DNA from: Candidatus Binatia bacterium | Lineage (GTDB): Bacteria > Desulfobacterota > Binatia > UBA1149 > CAITLU01 | DNA: 64,000 nucleotides | Direction of reading: 5' to 3' | Assembly (NCBI GenBank): GCA_047611725.1 | Contig: JBLFWR010000001.1 | Coordinates: forward strand, 4,100 to 68,099 | Shown: positions 27,497-37,694 of the stretch, piece after piece | Numbering within the stretch: the stretch's first letter is position 1 | Layout of the letters: each line of letters starts with the position of its first letter | Notes under the pieces: model-generated | Database searches by the model: none | What the model was told of the DNA's origin: nothing | Seen by the model: the letters and a program-made list of their open reading frames with translations, nothing else | Program-made: the position numbers and the translations under genes

Positions 27497-28537
27497 TCAG
27501 AACTGAGAGAGGAAGCGCAGGTCGCTTCCGTAAAGCAGGCGGATGTCATCGATGCAATATCGCAACATCGCGATACGTTCGATGCCAAGACCAAAAGCGA
27601 AGCCACTGTAGACTTCTGGATCATAACCAACGTGGGCGAACACCGCAGGGTCGACCATTCCGGCACCAAGGATTTCAAGCCACCCGCTCGTCTTGCAGAT
27701 CCTGCAAGGCGCTCCAGCCAAAACCCCTTCGCCCTTACAAATCACACAACCAATATCGACTTCTGCACTCGGCTCAGTGAACGGGAAATAGCTAGGCCTG
27801 AATCGAACGCGCAGGTCGGAACCATACAGGCGGCGCAAGAACTCAGTTAACACGCCCTTGAGATGCGGAAACGTAATGCCCCGATCAACCATCAAGCCTT
27901 CAACCTGATGAAACATCGGAGAGTGAGTCACATCATCATCGATTCGATACACCGACCCGGGGGCAATGATGCAAAGTGGTGGCGGCGTCGTTTCCATGAC
28001 GCGAATCTGCACCGGCGACGTGTGGGTGCGTAGCACGTTCCCACCTTCCACAAAGAAGGTGTCTTGCATGTCGCGCGCAGGATGATCTGCGGGGATATTT
28101 AGAGCCTCAAAGTTGTGGTAGTCGTCCTCGATGTCAGGCCCATCGGCGATCGCGAAACCCAAGCCTTGAAGAATCTCACAGACGTCGATCATGGTCCGAG
28201 CCAACGGATGCTCGTGCCCCCGAGACTGGCCATAGCCTGGCAATGTAACATCAAGCTGGGAGCCGCTTAGGCGAGCAGCACGGGCACTTTCGGCGAGCGT
28301 GTCGCCACGAGCACCCAATGCTGCCGCTACACGTTCCTTGGTCTGGTTTACCAAGGCCCCATAGGCTGGCCGCTCTTCAGCTGGCACCGCCCCGAGCCCG
28401 CGCAAGACCCGGGTCAGTGACCCCTTCTTGCCAAGGACATCGATGCGAAGCTGCTCCAGCGCGCCTGCGTCGGGCGCGGCTTCGGCGCGCGTGAGAGCTT
28501 CATGCTCGACGGCCGCGATTTCCTCGCGCAAGGACAC
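27497..28537 (-). CDS. pheS: phenylalanine--tRNA ligase alpha subunit
   Basis: Class II aaRS motifs ...FRPSYFPFTEPSAEVDI..., GAGMVDP. Start set at in-frame GTG 11 nt downstream of rplT stop; ORF extends to 28645 but would overlap rplT. Confidence 0.9.
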   Translation of the reverse strand: MSLREEIAAVEHEALTRAEAAPDAGALEQLRIDVLGKKGSLTRVLRGLGAVPAEERPAYGALVNQTKERVAAALGARGDTLAESARAARLSGSQLDVTLPGYGQSRGHEHPLARTMIDVCEILQGLGFAIADGPDIEDDYHNFEALNIPADHPARDMQDTFFVEGGNVLRTHTSPVQIRVMETTPPPLCIIAPGSVYRIDDDVTHSPMFHQVEGLMVDRGITFPHLKGVLTEFLRRLYGSDLRVRFRPSYFPFTEPSAEVDIGCVICKGEGVLAGAPCRICKTSGWLEILGAGMVDPAVFAHVGYDPEVYSGFAFGLGIERIAMLRYCIDDIRLLYGSDLRFLSQF

Positions 28538-28547
28538 GGCCGAGCTC

Positions 28548-28904
28548 TCAGGCCGCGAGTTTCGACTTCGCGAGATTGACGAGCTCGACGAACGCCGCCT
28601 GCTCATTGACCGCCATTTCGGCGAGCATCTTGCGATCGACCTCAACGCCAGCTTGCTTGAGTCCGTGAATGAGCGTCCCGTAGGTCAGCCCTTCAGCGCG
28701 AGCAGCAGCGTTGATTCGAACGATCCACAACTGACGGAATTCGCGCTTGCGAACCTTGCGGTCGCGATACGCGTACGTCAGCCCCTTTTCTATTGTTTCG
28801 CGGCCCGCCCGATAAAGTTTACGTCCGCCGACGAAACCCTTGGCTTTGCTAAGAATCCTATTGCGACGTCGTCGCCCTTTCGTTCCTCGTGTAACCCTTG
28901 GCAT
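28548..28904 (-). CDS. rplT: 50S ribosomal protein L20
   Basis: MPRVTRGTKGRRRRNRILSKAKGF..., full-length L20. Confidence 0.95.
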   Translation of the reverse strand: MPRVTRGTKGRRRRNRILSKAKGFVGGRKLYRAGRETIEKGLTYAYRDRKVRKREFRQLWIVRINAAARAEGLTYGTLIHGLKQAGVEVDRKMLAEMAVNEQAAFVELVNLAKSKLAA

Positions 28905-28916
28905 TCGAGGTTCTCC

Positions 28917-29114
28917 TTATCCGTTTGGAAGCATGCGCCGAATTTGCTTCACGTCAGAGGCGGCAACCAATGCGCCCTGACGAAGCTGGCGCTTCTGCTT
29001 CGCACTCTTCGAGGTGAGAATGTGGCGGAGGTACGCGCGCTTCCGCTTTACCTTGCCTGTCCCGGTGAAGCTGAAGCGCTTAGCAGCGCCTCGCCGTGTT
29101 TTAACTTTTGGCAT
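28917..29114 (-). CDS. rpmI: 50S ribosomal protein L35
   Basis: [27 protein letters not shown] is a canonical L35 N-terminus. Start at internal Met; ORF to 29213 would overlap infC. Confidence 0.9.
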   Translation of the reverse strand: MPKVKTRRGAAKRFSFTGTGKVKRKRAYLRHILTSKSAKQKRQLRQGALVAASDVKQIRRMLPNG

Positions 29115-29127
29115 CTCGTTTTCTCCT

Positions 29128-29739
29128 CTACTTCGACTCGGTTTCCGACTCCGGCTTTTTTGCCGGCGTCGGTGCCGGCGTGGGCGGAGTCGAAGCGGTG
29201 CTAGCTTTGGCACCCTTTTCTGGGTTCTGGTGTGGGACGCAGATGACCGACATGTTTCGACCTTCCATTCGTGGGAAGCCCTCGGGTGTCGCGATGTCTG
29301 TGATCGACTCCAAAACCTTATCGAGCATCACGCGACCAAGTTCCGGGCGAGTAATTTCTCGGCCTTTGAAAAAGACGGAAATCTTCACGCGATGCCCCTT
29401 TTCGAGGAACCGGCGAATGTGCCCAGTCTTGAACTCTACGTCGTGAGCCTCGGTCCTAGACCGAACCTTCACTTCCTTCATCGCCGTTGCTGGCGACTTG
29501 GTCTTACGTTTGGATTCCTGCGACTTCTTCCGCTGCTCGTAGCGGAATTTGTAAAAATCCATGATGCGTACGACTGGCGGTCTCGCCTCTCCGGCGACCT
29601 CCACCAAATCCAAGCTGCGGGAATCGGCAATCTCCTGCGCATCGCGCAGGTTCATGATTCCCAGCTGCTCGCCGCCGGAATCGATTAACCGCACCTCGCG
29701 CGCGCGAATGTCGGAATTGATACGAACTTCTTGAATCTT
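29128..29739 (-). CDS. infC: translation initiation factor IF-3, probable non-AUG (AUA/AUU) start, with Ala/Pro/Thr-rich C-terminal tail
   Basis: [28 protein letters not shown]... matches IF3 N-domain. In-frame reading continues upstream through ATA GCC AAG ATT with no ATG. The ATA overlaps the thrS TAG stop (ccATAGcc). Confidence 0.85.
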   Translation of the reverse strand, partial: KIQEVRINSDIRAREVRLIDSGGEQLGIMNLRDAQEIADSRSLDLVEVAGEARPPVVRIMDFYKFRYEQRKKSQESKRKTKSPATAMKEVKVRSRTEAHDVEFKTGHIRRFLEKGHRVKISVFFKGREITRPELGRVMLDKVLESITDIATPEGFPRMEGRNMSVICVPHQNPEKGAKASTASTPPTPAPTPAKKPESETESK

Positions 29740-29741
29740 GG

Positions 29742-31655
29742 CTATGGCACACCTCCGTCGCCGGGGATATTCCTCTCGGCGAGCCAGCCCGCGAACTCTT
29801 CCAACGGCATCGGATCTAACTGACGGCCGCCTCGTAGCCGCGGGGCCACGGACTTTTCTTCCACTTCGCGATCACCCACAACGGCGACCACGGGAACCTT
29901 ACCTTGCTGAGCTTCACGAATTTTGAAGCCCAACTTCTCATTGCGCAGATCGGCGACCGCCCGAAGCCCCTTCCGGCGCAGACTTTCTGCTGCCGCAGCC
30001 GCGTAGTCGTTGTGCCGATCGGCAACGGTAACGAATCGTACTTGCTGAGGAGCTAACCACAGGGGCAACGCACCTGCAGTGTGCTCGATCAGGAGTCCGA
30101 TAAATCGTTCGACTGAACCCAGCACCGCACGATGAATCATTACCGGACGCTGGGTGCTGTTGTCGGAGGCGATGTAGCCCAGCTCAAACCGCTCCGGCAA
30201 AAAGAAATCAAGCTGGACCGTGCTCAGCTGCCACTCTCGCTTCAAAGCATCGAGCACGCAGAAATCAATTTTGGGACCGTAGAAAGCACCGTCGCCTGGG
30301 TTGATCTGGTATTCACCAATCTCAACGTCCAGCACGTCTCCGAGGGCCTTCTCTGCCCGCTCCCACATCTCCGGCTCGCCAAGTGCCTTTTCCGGCTTGG
30401 TTGAAAGATACACTTTCATATCTTCGAAACCGAAAACCGCGTGAGCTTCTTTGATCATCGCGATTACGGAGCGGATCTCCGCTGCGATCTGATCGGGCGT
30501 ACAAAAAATATGCGCATCGTCCTGACTGAACGATCGAACACGAGTCAGGCCATGCATTGTTCCGGAGCGTTCGAATCGATGAAGACGGCCGAAATCAGCA
30601 ATACGCAATGGCAGGTCGCGGTAGGAGCGCAGTTGCTCGCCGAACATTATGCAATGAGTCGGACAGTTCATCGGCTTGAGCGCGAACTGTCTCTCCTCAA
30701 TCTCCGTGAAGTACATGTTCTCACGATAGTTGTCGTAGTGTCCGGAACGGTGCCAGAGATCGACGTCGAGAATCTGCGGAGTAATAACTTCTTGATAGTC
30801 ATAGCGGTCGTACAAGCCGCGAATGTAGTCGACTAGCAAGTTGTAAACGCGTGCACCATCGGGCTGAAAGAACGGGCTGCCCGGTGCTTCGGCGTGAAAC
30901 GAAAACAACCCGAGCTGCTTACCAAGCTTTCGATGGTCACGCTTTCGGGCTTCTTCCAAGCGCGCGAGGTGTTCTTTGAGTGCCTTGCGGTCGGGGAACG
31001 CAGTCCCGTAGATCCGCTGCAGCATGGCGTTCTTCTCATCGCCGCGCCAATACGCACCGGCGACACTTAGAAGCTTAAAAGCCTGTAGTCTTCCGGTAGA
31101 TGGGACGTGAGGGCCGCGGCACAGATCTACGAAATCATCCTGCCGGTATAAAGTAACCCGCTCCTCGGGAAGTCCCTCGATAATCTCGGCCTTGAAGTCT
31201 TCGCCTATCGATTTGAAAAATGCGGTCGCTTCATCGCGCCCCATTTCCTCACGAACGACTTCGTGGTTGGCCTTTACGATTTTCGACATCTCCGCTTCTA
31301 TCGCTTCGAGGTCGTCAGCGGAGAATCCCGCATCGTACTTGAAGTCGTAGTAGAAGCCGTCGTCGATGACCGGGCCTATGGTGACTTGTGCTTCGGGGTG
31401 GAGGCGCTTGACCGCGTGGGCAAGCAGGTGGGCCGTAGAGTGCCGTAGCACTTTGAGGCCGTCAGGATCGTCCGGCAAAACGGGGGAGACATCAGCACCT
31501 TCAGCGATCGATCGTGAAAGATCGATTACCTTGCCATCAACACGAGCAGCAACCGCTTTGCGGGCCAGCTTCGAATCAAGGGCGTCGCGAGCACAAGTTG
31601 GACCGACGGGCGATCCAGACTCATCCTGCGAAGAGGAAACGCTGTTATCTGACAT
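29742..31655 (-). CDS. thrS: threonine--tRNA ligase
   Basis: 637 aa, class II aaRS core with HRSGHYDNY..., TGS/editing domain region, C-terminal anticodon-binding domain. Confidence 0.95.
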   Translation of the reverse strand: MSDNSVSSSQDESGSPVGPTCARDALDSKLARKAVAARVDGKVIDLSRSIAEGADVSPVLPDDPDGLKVLRHSTAHLLAHAVKRLHPEAQVTIGPVIDDGFYYDFKYDAGFSADDLEAIEAEMSKIVKANHEVVREEMGRDEATAFFKSIGEDFKAEIIEGLPEERVTLYRQDDFVDLCRGPHVPSTGRLQAFKLLSVAGAYWRGDEKNAMLQRIYGTAFPDRKALKEHLARLEEARKRDHRKLGKQLGLFSFHAEAPGSPFFQPDGARVYNLLVDYIRGLYDRYDYQEVITPQILDVDLWHRSGHYDNYRENMYFTEIEERQFALKPMNCPTHCIMFGEQLRSYRDLPLRIADFGRLHRFERSGTMHGLTRVRSFSQDDAHIFCTPDQIAAEIRSVIAMIKEAHAVFGFEDMKVYLSTKPEKALGEPEMWERAEKALGDVLDVEIGEYQINPGDGAFYGPKIDFCVLDALKREWQLSTVQLDFFLPERFELGYIASDNSTQRPVMIHRAVLGSVERFIGLLIEHTAGALPLWLAPQQVRFVTVADRHNDYAAAAAESLRRKGLRAVADLRNEKLGFKIREAQQGKVPVVAVVGDREVEEKSVAPRLRGGRQLDPMPLEEFAGWLAERNIPGDGGVP

Positions 31656-31775
31656 CTTTTGGTTTTGCTCGGTCGCCGAACGTAGGCTTGGAGGGAGCGG
31701 TAAAACCGCCTTTTTTCGGCCCTCAACGCCTGGATGTGTTCGGTCTGAACGTCCTCCGGTCCAAATTCATATTTA

Positions 31776-31850
31776 TGGTAGGCGCGGGCGGGATCGAACC
31801 GCCGACCCCTTCCGTGTCAGGGAAGTGCTCTCCCGCTGAGCTACGCGCCT
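31776..31850 (-). tRNA. tRNA-Val (anticodon GAC), CCA encoded
   Basis: Minus-strand sequence AGGCGCGTAGCTCAGCGGGAGAGCACTTCCCTGACACGGAAGGGGTCGGCGGTTCGATCCCGCCCGCGCCTACCA. Anticodon loop CTGACAC, T-loop TTCGATC. Confidence 0.8.
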
Positions 31851-31971
31851 ATGCAAGTCCGGCGAAACCACCGAATCGGGATTTTCCCTTAACAATCGCG
31901 GCCTTTGCAGTCAACTCGGGAGAGATACATTCGCCCCTGTCGTGCACCAAGTCGGGCTCTTGCGCCTGTGC

Positions 31972-33255
31972 CTAACGCCCCGCAGCAATCAGTCCGGCAA
32001 TGGTGAACCACTCTTCATCAGCCGATTGTTTTTCGTCGAAACCGATGTCGATGTACCAACCCGGCTCTTCGGGAAACGCAATACCAGGGATCGCTGCTCT
32101 CGTTCCGTGGAGCAGCTGCATGTCGATTACGCTGAAGGCATAAATGAACATTCGCGGCTCGTCATATTCGTAATCGACGTTGGGATTGGGCCTTTTCGAA
32201 GTTCGGATGCTTTGCATCACCGTCTTCCAGAGCTCCCCACCCTGATCGTACAGGTCCGAATAAATGACGAAATACGCTTCCTTGTCCATGTAAATCAGTC
32301 GCTTGGAGTAAGCGTAGTTACTGACTTTTGGCGTGCCTTCAAGGATGTAAACGCTGGGCCGCTTCTCCCAATTTTCGCAGAACGTCATGCCGCCGTCGTC
32401 GATACAGGGTTCGGGCGGCAAGCGTACCCCGTGAAGCGAGGCGAGCATCGGCTTCTCGCCGATCAACTTCCAGTCGAACCAGGGAATCTGTCCGGCATAT
32501 CCACCGTAGCTATCTACGTCGATGTCCTGCCCGAATAGGGCATCGCTTCGTTGCGCGCTCGACATGCGGCGCACGCGACGAACGAACGGGAGGTATAGCC
32601 AAGTATCGTCTTGGCGAACCTGATCTAGATAGCGGTAGCTCACGCCACCGACACCTTTGAGATCAAAGGGCTCGATCAGCGGATATAGGCCAGATTTGCG
32701 GAACGTCTCGTCAGGATTGTCCTCAAATGCTGGAATTGGCTCGTGCTGAATCCGACCAGTGTACTGCAACACCCGTAGCCAGTCCGAAACAAAATGACGC
32801 TCAACGGTGTAGTGCTTGTTGCCCTGCGCATCGGTATAAAGAGAGCCCGTATCGGCATCGACCAAGTGAAGGCTCAGGTCGTCGCTGAAATAATGGGTGT
32901 TCTGAAAATTATACATGATCTTGATCGCGCCCTTCGGGTCATTGGCGAGATCAACGATAGGAAACGGACGGCCTGCAACCCAGTTCTGGAGCGCATTGTT
33001 CTCGTCGATCGAACACTGCGTCGCGTACTTTTCAGTCGCGGCCAAATAGTCGCGCGGCATCGGAATTCGTTCATACGGAACGATTTCCATCTCCATCCCG
33101 TTGCGCACCGACCACTCAACGCCAGGCGAAACGAGTCCGACGATCTTGTCGGCGTTCTTTTTGGTGATGACATCGCCGGGAGCGACATCAGCCCATGCTT
33201 GGACTGCAGGGACGAGGATAAGGAGAGAAAGGAGCGCGCTGCGGAAATGGTTCAT
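31972..33255 (-). CDS. secreted protein, DUF1329-like (hypothetical)
   Basis: Signal peptide MNHFRSALLSLLILVPAVQAWA. About 420 aa mature protein, W/Y/D-rich; overall resemblance to DUF1329 family from memory, not verifiable here. Confidence 0.45.
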   Translation of the reverse strand: MNHFRSALLSLLILVPAVQAWADVAPGDVITKKNADKIVGLVSPGVEWSVRNGMEMEIVPYERIPMPRDYLAATEKYATQCSIDENNALQNWVAGRPFPIVDLANDPKGAIKIMYNFQNTHYFSDDLSLHLVDADTGSLYTDAQGNKHYTVERHFVSDWLRVLQYTGRIQHEPIPAFEDNPDETFRKSGLYPLIEPFDLKGVGGVSYRYLDQVRQDDTWLYLPFVRRVRRMSSAQRSDALFGQDIDVDSYGGYAGQIPWFDWKLIGEKPMLASLHGVRLPPEPCIDDGGMTFCENWEKRPSVYILEGTPKVSNYAYSKRLIYMDKEAYFVIYSDLYDQGGELWKTVMQSIRTSKRPNPNVDYEYDEPRMFIYAFSVIDMQLLHGTRAAIPGIAFPEEPGWYIDIGFDEKQSADEEWFTIAGLIAAGR

Positions 33256-33335
33256 GGTACCTCGGCTGAGCAACTCAAGGTTGGGATAATGACAAGAATG
33301 TCAATTCGAAGAAAGCCCGAATGTGCAAATGAGGT

Positions 33336-33369
33336 GCGGGGAAGCGCGCGCGTTGCCACGCTTCCCCGC
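33336..33369 (-). terminator. hairpin (11-bp GC-rich stem GCGGGGAAGCG / CGCTTCCCCGC, 12-nt loop) just downstream of rplI: probable terminator of the rpsF-rpsR-rplI operon
   Basis: Read directly. Lies in the 112-nt gap between rplI 3' end (33386) and the next gene start. No strong U-tract, as is common in GC-rich genomes. Confidence 0.4.
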
Positions 33370-33385
33370 TCCACACGTTTACGGA

Positions 33386-34000
33386 CTAGCTCTCCGTGCT
33401 CTCTTCGGCTTGAACGTCGTCGTCCCCTTCGGCTTCGGCTTCTTCACCGGCGGCCGCTTCTTCGCTTTCGCCTTCTTCACCAGCGGCCGTCTCGAAAGGT
33501 TCCGGCATAGGCTCCGGGCGATCATCCCCGTCGACGCTTTCGTCTTCGAGCTCACCACCGATCGGTTTCACCAACAGATTCAGGTTGGCCATGACATCTT
33601 GTCCGACCTGAATCGCGAAACCATGGTTTCCGATCGCTTTGATCGGATCGCCCAGCTGAATCCGCCGACGATCGATGTCGAAGCCAGCTTCTTCTAGCAG
33701 GCGGTGCAAGTCGATGTTCGTTACCGAACCAAACAACTTGCCACCACGCCCGGCACGAACCTCGATCTCGAGGCTGACCTTCGCAAGGTCATTCGCCATG
33801 CGCTCGTAGGTGCCGCGCTCTCGTTCTTTTTTGATCTCGATAATCTGCTGCTCGTGGTCCAAGCGCCTGCGGTTGCGACGATCAGCCGGAACCGCGATTC
33901 CACGCGGGAACAAAAAGTTCCGAGCGTAACCGGGAGCAACATTGACGATCTCGCCAATGATCCCGAGTTGAGGAACATCTTCGCGAAGTATTACTTCCAT
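33386..34000 (-). CDS. rplI: 50S ribosomal protein L9 with about 55-aa acidic C-terminal extension
   Basis: MEVILREDVPQLGIIGEIVNVAPGYARNFLFPRGIA... then C-terminal ...EDESVDGDDRPEPMPEPFETAAGEEGESEEAAAGEEAEAEGDDDVQAEESTES. Confidence 0.9.
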   Translation of the reverse strand: MEVILREDVPQLGIIGEIVNVAPGYARNFLFPRGIAVPADRRNRRRLDHEQQIIEIKKERERGTYERMANDLAKVSLEIEVRAGRGGKLFGSVTNIDLHRLLEEAGFDIDRRRIQLGDPIKAIGNHGFAIQVGQDVMANLNLLVKPIGGELEDESVDGDDRPEPMPEPFETAAGEEGESEEAAAGEEAEAEGDDDVQAEESTES

Positions 34001-34017
34001 GATCTATCCCCCCAGCC

Positions 34018-34356
34018 TCAGGATGCTTTGAACGGTAGCAACGCGACGTTCCGCGCGCGCTTGACCGCGAGCGTAAGCGCACGTTGGTGCTTCGCGCAGG
34101 TTCCGGTCGTTCGACTCGGGACGATGCGGCCACGTTCACTGACAAAGCCGTCTAGGACGTAGCTCCATTTGTAGTCGAGCTTTACGTCCTTATCCGCACA
34201 GAACTTACACACGCGACGACGGCCGCGACCGCCACCACGACGAAACTTGGGGCGGGAAGGACGTTCGCGATCTCGCTCTCCGCGCTCTCGACGAGGGGCA
34301 GCTGGCGCAGGGCGCGCCGCTCCAGCATCAGGCGTCGTAGTTGTCTCTTCACTCAT
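34018..34356 (-). CDS. rpsR: 30S ribosomal protein S18 with Arg/Pro-rich N-terminal extension
   Basis: Core ...[61 protein letters not shown]-terminal 35 aa [34 protein letters not shown]. Confidence 0.9.
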   Translation of the reverse strand: MSEETTTTPDAGAARPAPAAPRRERGERDRERPSRPKFRRGGGRGRRRVCKFCADKDVKLDYKWSYVLDGFVSERGRIVPSRTTGTCAKHQRALTLAVKRARNVALLPFKAS

Positions 34357-34921
34357 TGTTCTCGCCTCCGGGCTCGGTCTTCACTTCCGGCTCAACAGGC
34401 GCCGTCGCCTCTGCTACTGGTGCCGCCGTCGCCTCTGCTGCTGGCGCTGCGGCCGCCTTCACTGCGGGTTCCGCCGCACGCGGAGCCGGGGCCGCTCGCG
34501 GGCCAACGTCTCCCGACCTGTCACGGTCGCGGTCACGGTCGCCGTCACGATCGCGCGAGTCCCGTGATCGCATCTCGCTTAGCGGGGTGTCCCTACGGCC
34601 GTCCGTGCGCTCTTCAACGCGAGGCGCTTCAGGAAGCCCAGTGTGCGGCTGCTGGATGCTCATAAAACGAAGCACGCCTTCGGAAATTTTCATATTCCGC
34701 TCGAGCTCTTTTACGAGTTCCGGTCCGGCTTCGTAGTCGATCAACCAGTAGTGACCGTGTGTTTGATTCTTGACCGCGTAGGCCATCGTACGCACGCCCC
34801 AATCGTGGCGAGCCGCGATTGTGCCGCCTTCGCGTTCGATGATCGAAGCGAAGCGGTCAATGAGGGCCGCCGTTTCGGCGTTCTGCGTGCTTAGCACGAC
34901 CATGGTTTCATATGGACGCAT
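34349..34921 (-). CDS. rpsF: 30S ribosomal protein S6 with about 90-aa low-complexity C-terminal tail (RD-dipeptide repeats, then Ala/Pro/Glu-rich)
   Basis: [20 protein letters not shown]... S6 core (~100 aa). Then ...[73 protein letters not shown]. The underlying DNA shows the GTCACGGTCGCG-type repeat. Confidence 0.9.
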   Translation of the reverse strand: MRPYETMVVLSTQNAETAALIDRFASIIEREGGTIAARHDWGVRTMAYAVKNQTHGHYWLIDYEAGPELVKELERNMKISEGVLRFMSIQQPHTGLPEAPRVEERTDGRRDTPLSEMRSRDSRDRDGDRDRDRDRSGDVGPRAAPAPRAAEPAVKAAAAPAAEATAAPVAEATAPVEPEVKTEPGGENNE

Positions 34922-34954
34922 AGTTATCTCCCTAAAGTTGACGTCGTTGAGGTC

Positions 34955-37009
34955 TCAAACGAGCAAAGGTGCGATCACCAAAGACACGATCGACATCAGC
35001 TTGATAAGAATATTCATAGAAGGACCCGAGGTGTCCTTGAAAGGATCGCCTACCGTGTCGCCGACTACGGCGGCGTGGTGAGCTTCGGATCCCTTGCCTT
35101 CGCCAGCAAGTTCACCCTTCTCGATCGATTTCTTGGCGTTGTCCCAAGCACCACCAGCATTCGCCATCATGAGCGCGAGCAGCACACCAGACAGAGTCGC
35201 ACCGGCGAGCATGCCGCCAAGAGCTTCCGCGCCGAAACCGAACCCAACAAGGACCGGGGAAATAACAGCAACCAAACCAGGCAGCACCATTTCCTTGAGG
35301 GCGGCAGAGGTCGAAATGTCGACGCAACGCGCGGTATCCGGCTTGGCGTTTGGATCGCCTTCGAGCAATCCGGGGATTTCGCGGAACTGGCGACGAATTT
35401 CCTCAACCATCTGACCAGCCGCACGGCCAACCGAGGTCATCGTCAAAGCGCCGATGAAGTAAGGGAGAACGCCGCCAAGGAACAGACCGATTACGACCTT
35501 CGGGTCGGTAACCATGATCTGCATCGGGTCTATCCCGACAGCGGCACGCCCCTGATTGACGGCCATCGCGTAGGCGCTGAACAACGCCAATGCGGTAAGC
35601 GCCGCTGATCCAATCGCGAAACCCTTTCCGATCGCCGCAGTGGTGTTACCCAAAGCGTCCAGGCTATCGGTGATTTTGCGGACGTCTGGTCCAAGACCAG
35701 CCATCTCGGAAATACCACCCGCGTTATCCGCGATCGGACCGTAGGCATCGACAGTCATCGTCACGCCGACGGTGGCGAGCATACCGACTGCGGCAATGCC
35801 GATTCCGTACAACCCAGCAACCGCGTTCGCACCGCCGATCACACCGCAAATCACGATGATCGGCAAAACAGTGCTCTCAAGGCCGACCGCGAGTCCATTA
35901 ATGATGTTGGTGGCACTGCCGGTCTTTGAGGCTTCCGCGATACGGCGAACCGGCCCTGCGGAGGTGTAGTACTCAGTGATAAGACCGATCAGAATTCCGC
36001 CTGCCGTTCCCAACACGACCGCCCACCAAACACCGGTGGAGATCGCACTAGCCTTGACGAAGATCCACGACACAGCCAGGAAGATCCCCGCTGCGATGAA
36101 TGTGGAGTACCGCAGTGCTGCCGCCGCGCCAGCGCGCTTCAGAAAGCCCATCGACCCGATGCCGGCCAAAGAAGCGAAAAGCCCGATGGTCGCCATGACC
36201 AGCGGCAATGCCATCAACGCGCTCTGGACGTCCATGAGTTCCGAGCCTGCAGACGCGAGGCGCGACAAGCCAGTTGGTGTCAACGTCGCCGCGATCGCGA
36301 TGGTCGCGATCATCGACCCACAGTAGGATTCGAAGATGTCGGCACCCATGCCAGCGACGTCGCCAACGTTGTCGCCGACGTTGTCGGCAATAACACCAGG
36401 GTTGCGAGGATCATCTTCTGGAATGCCAGCTTCGACCTTTCCAACCAAGTCACTACCGACGTCTGCCGCCTTCGTGTAAATGCCACCGCCGACGCGCGCG
36501 AAGAGCGCGATCGAACTCGCACCCATGGCAAACCCGTTGATAATTTTCGCGTCTTCAGGGTTGCCGTAAAGCAAGAACAGAACTCCGACGCCGATCAGCC
36601 CCAGTCCCGCCACTGAAAGACCCATCACAGCGCCGCCATTGAATGCAACGGTAAGAGCCTTCTCTTCTCCGCCGGTTCGGGCGGCTTCACACGTACGCGC
36701 GTTGGCGTCGGTTGCGGCCGTCATTCCGAGGTAGCCAGCAAGCATCGAGACGCTCGCGCCGATCGCGAAAGCGAAGGCTGTCGCCCCACCAAGCTTCCAA
36801 AGCAGCAAAAAGAAGACCACGACAAGGAACATCGAGAGCATTCGATACTCGCGGTTCAGGAAGGCCATCGCTCCTTCGCGAATAGCTCCCTGAATCTCGA
36901 TCATCTTCGCGTCGCCAGCAGGCTCGCGTCGTAGTTGGGCCAGCAAACGCCAGGCGTACCAAAGGCCAAAAAGGCCTACCAAAGGTGTCACTTTAATGAC
37001 GAAGTCCAT
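34955..37009 (-). CDS. hppA: membrane-bound proton-translocating pyrophosphatase (H+-PPase)
   Basis: 684 aa, about 16 TM. Conserved DVGADLVGKVE and [18 protein letters not shown] motifs characteristic of H+/Na+-PPases. Confidence 0.95.
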   Translation of the reverse strand: MDFVIKVTPLVGLFGLWYAWRLLAQLRREPAGDAKMIEIQGAIREGAMAFLNREYRMLSMFLVVVFFLLLWKLGGATAFAFAIGASVSMLAGYLGMTAATDANARTCEAARTGGEEKALTVAFNGGAVMGLSVAGLGLIGVGVLFLLYGNPEDAKIINGFAMGASSIALFARVGGGIYTKAADVGSDLVGKVEAGIPEDDPRNPGVIADNVGDNVGDVAGMGADIFESYCGSMIATIAIAATLTPTGLSRLASAGSELMDVQSALMALPLVMATIGLFASLAGIGSMGFLKRAGAAAALRYSTFIAAGIFLAVSWIFVKASAISTGVWWAVVLGTAGGILIGLITEYYTSAGPVRRIAEASKTGSATNIINGLAVGLESTVLPIIVICGVIGGANAVAGLYGIGIAAVGMLATVGVTMTVDAYGPIADNAGGISEMAGLGPDVRKITDSLDALGNTTAAIGKGFAIGSAALTALALFSAYAMAVNQGRAAVGIDPMQIMVTDPKVVIGLFLGGVLPYFIGALTMTSVGRAAGQMVEEIRRQFREIPGLLEGDPNAKPDTARCVDISTSAALKEMVLPGLVAVISPVLVGFGFGAEALGGMLAGATLSGVLLALMMANAGGAWDNAKKSIEKGELAGEGKGSEAHHAAVVGDTVGDPFKDTSGPSMNILIKLMSIVSLVIAPLLV

Positions 37010-37061
37010 GTTAAGGGCTCCTCCGTGGGGATTGTTGAGGTTTGATACGGTTCATCGACGA

Positions 37062-37676
37062 TCAAGCCGGTGAGTTCGTATCGTTACGGTTAAATCGATT
37101 CATGACTGCGAGCACGTCATGCTCGCAGAGCGCTTCTATCGCTTCAGCGGCGCGTTCAACGAGGGGACGCGCCACGCCCTGCTCGTCATCGGAAAAACTA
37201 CCGAGAACGTGCTCTATCGTGTCGACGCCTTCAGGCGGCCGACCAACTCCCATGCGAATTCGCACGAAGTCCGAAGTTTCAAGATTTTCCATGATGGAAG
37301 CGACACCGCGGTGTCCGCCAGAACCGCCACCTTGGCGGACGCGTAAGCGCCCAAGCGGCAAATCCAGATCGTCATACGCCACGACGAGACGGTCCATAGG
37401 GAGCGGATGCGCGTCGCATAACTCCCGTACGGCCAGGCCGCTCTTGTTCATAAAAGTTTGGGGTTTCATTAATAACACCATGGTACAGCGGATCTCGGTC
37501 TCCACCGTCAGCGAAAGGCATTCCTTTCGCCGGATGTCTGCACCCGCCCTACGGGCGAGCTCGTCGATCAGCTCGAAGCCGATATTGTGACGCGTGTGGT
37601 GGTATTGCTCGCCCGGATTCCCAAGTCCAACGACGCACAGCGTGAAATCTGACGCCATCGCGGCCATCGCGGTCAT
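37062..37676 (-). CDS. pth: peptidyl-tRNA hydrolase
   Basis: LCVVGLGNPGEQYHHTRHNIGF (Pth active-site His region). Confidence 0.9.
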   Translation of the reverse strand: MTAMAAMASDFTLCVVGLGNPGEQYHHTRHNIGFELIDELARRAGADIRRKECLSLTVETEIRCTMVLLMKPQTFMNKSGLAVRELCDAHPLPMDRLVVAYDDLDLPLGRLRVRQGGGSGGHRGVASIMENLETSDFVRIRMGVGRPPEGVDTIEHVLGSFSDDEQGVARPLVERAAEAIEALCEHDVLAVMNRFNRNDTNSPA

Positions 37677-37694
37677 CGCGGGTTGATGCTGAGA

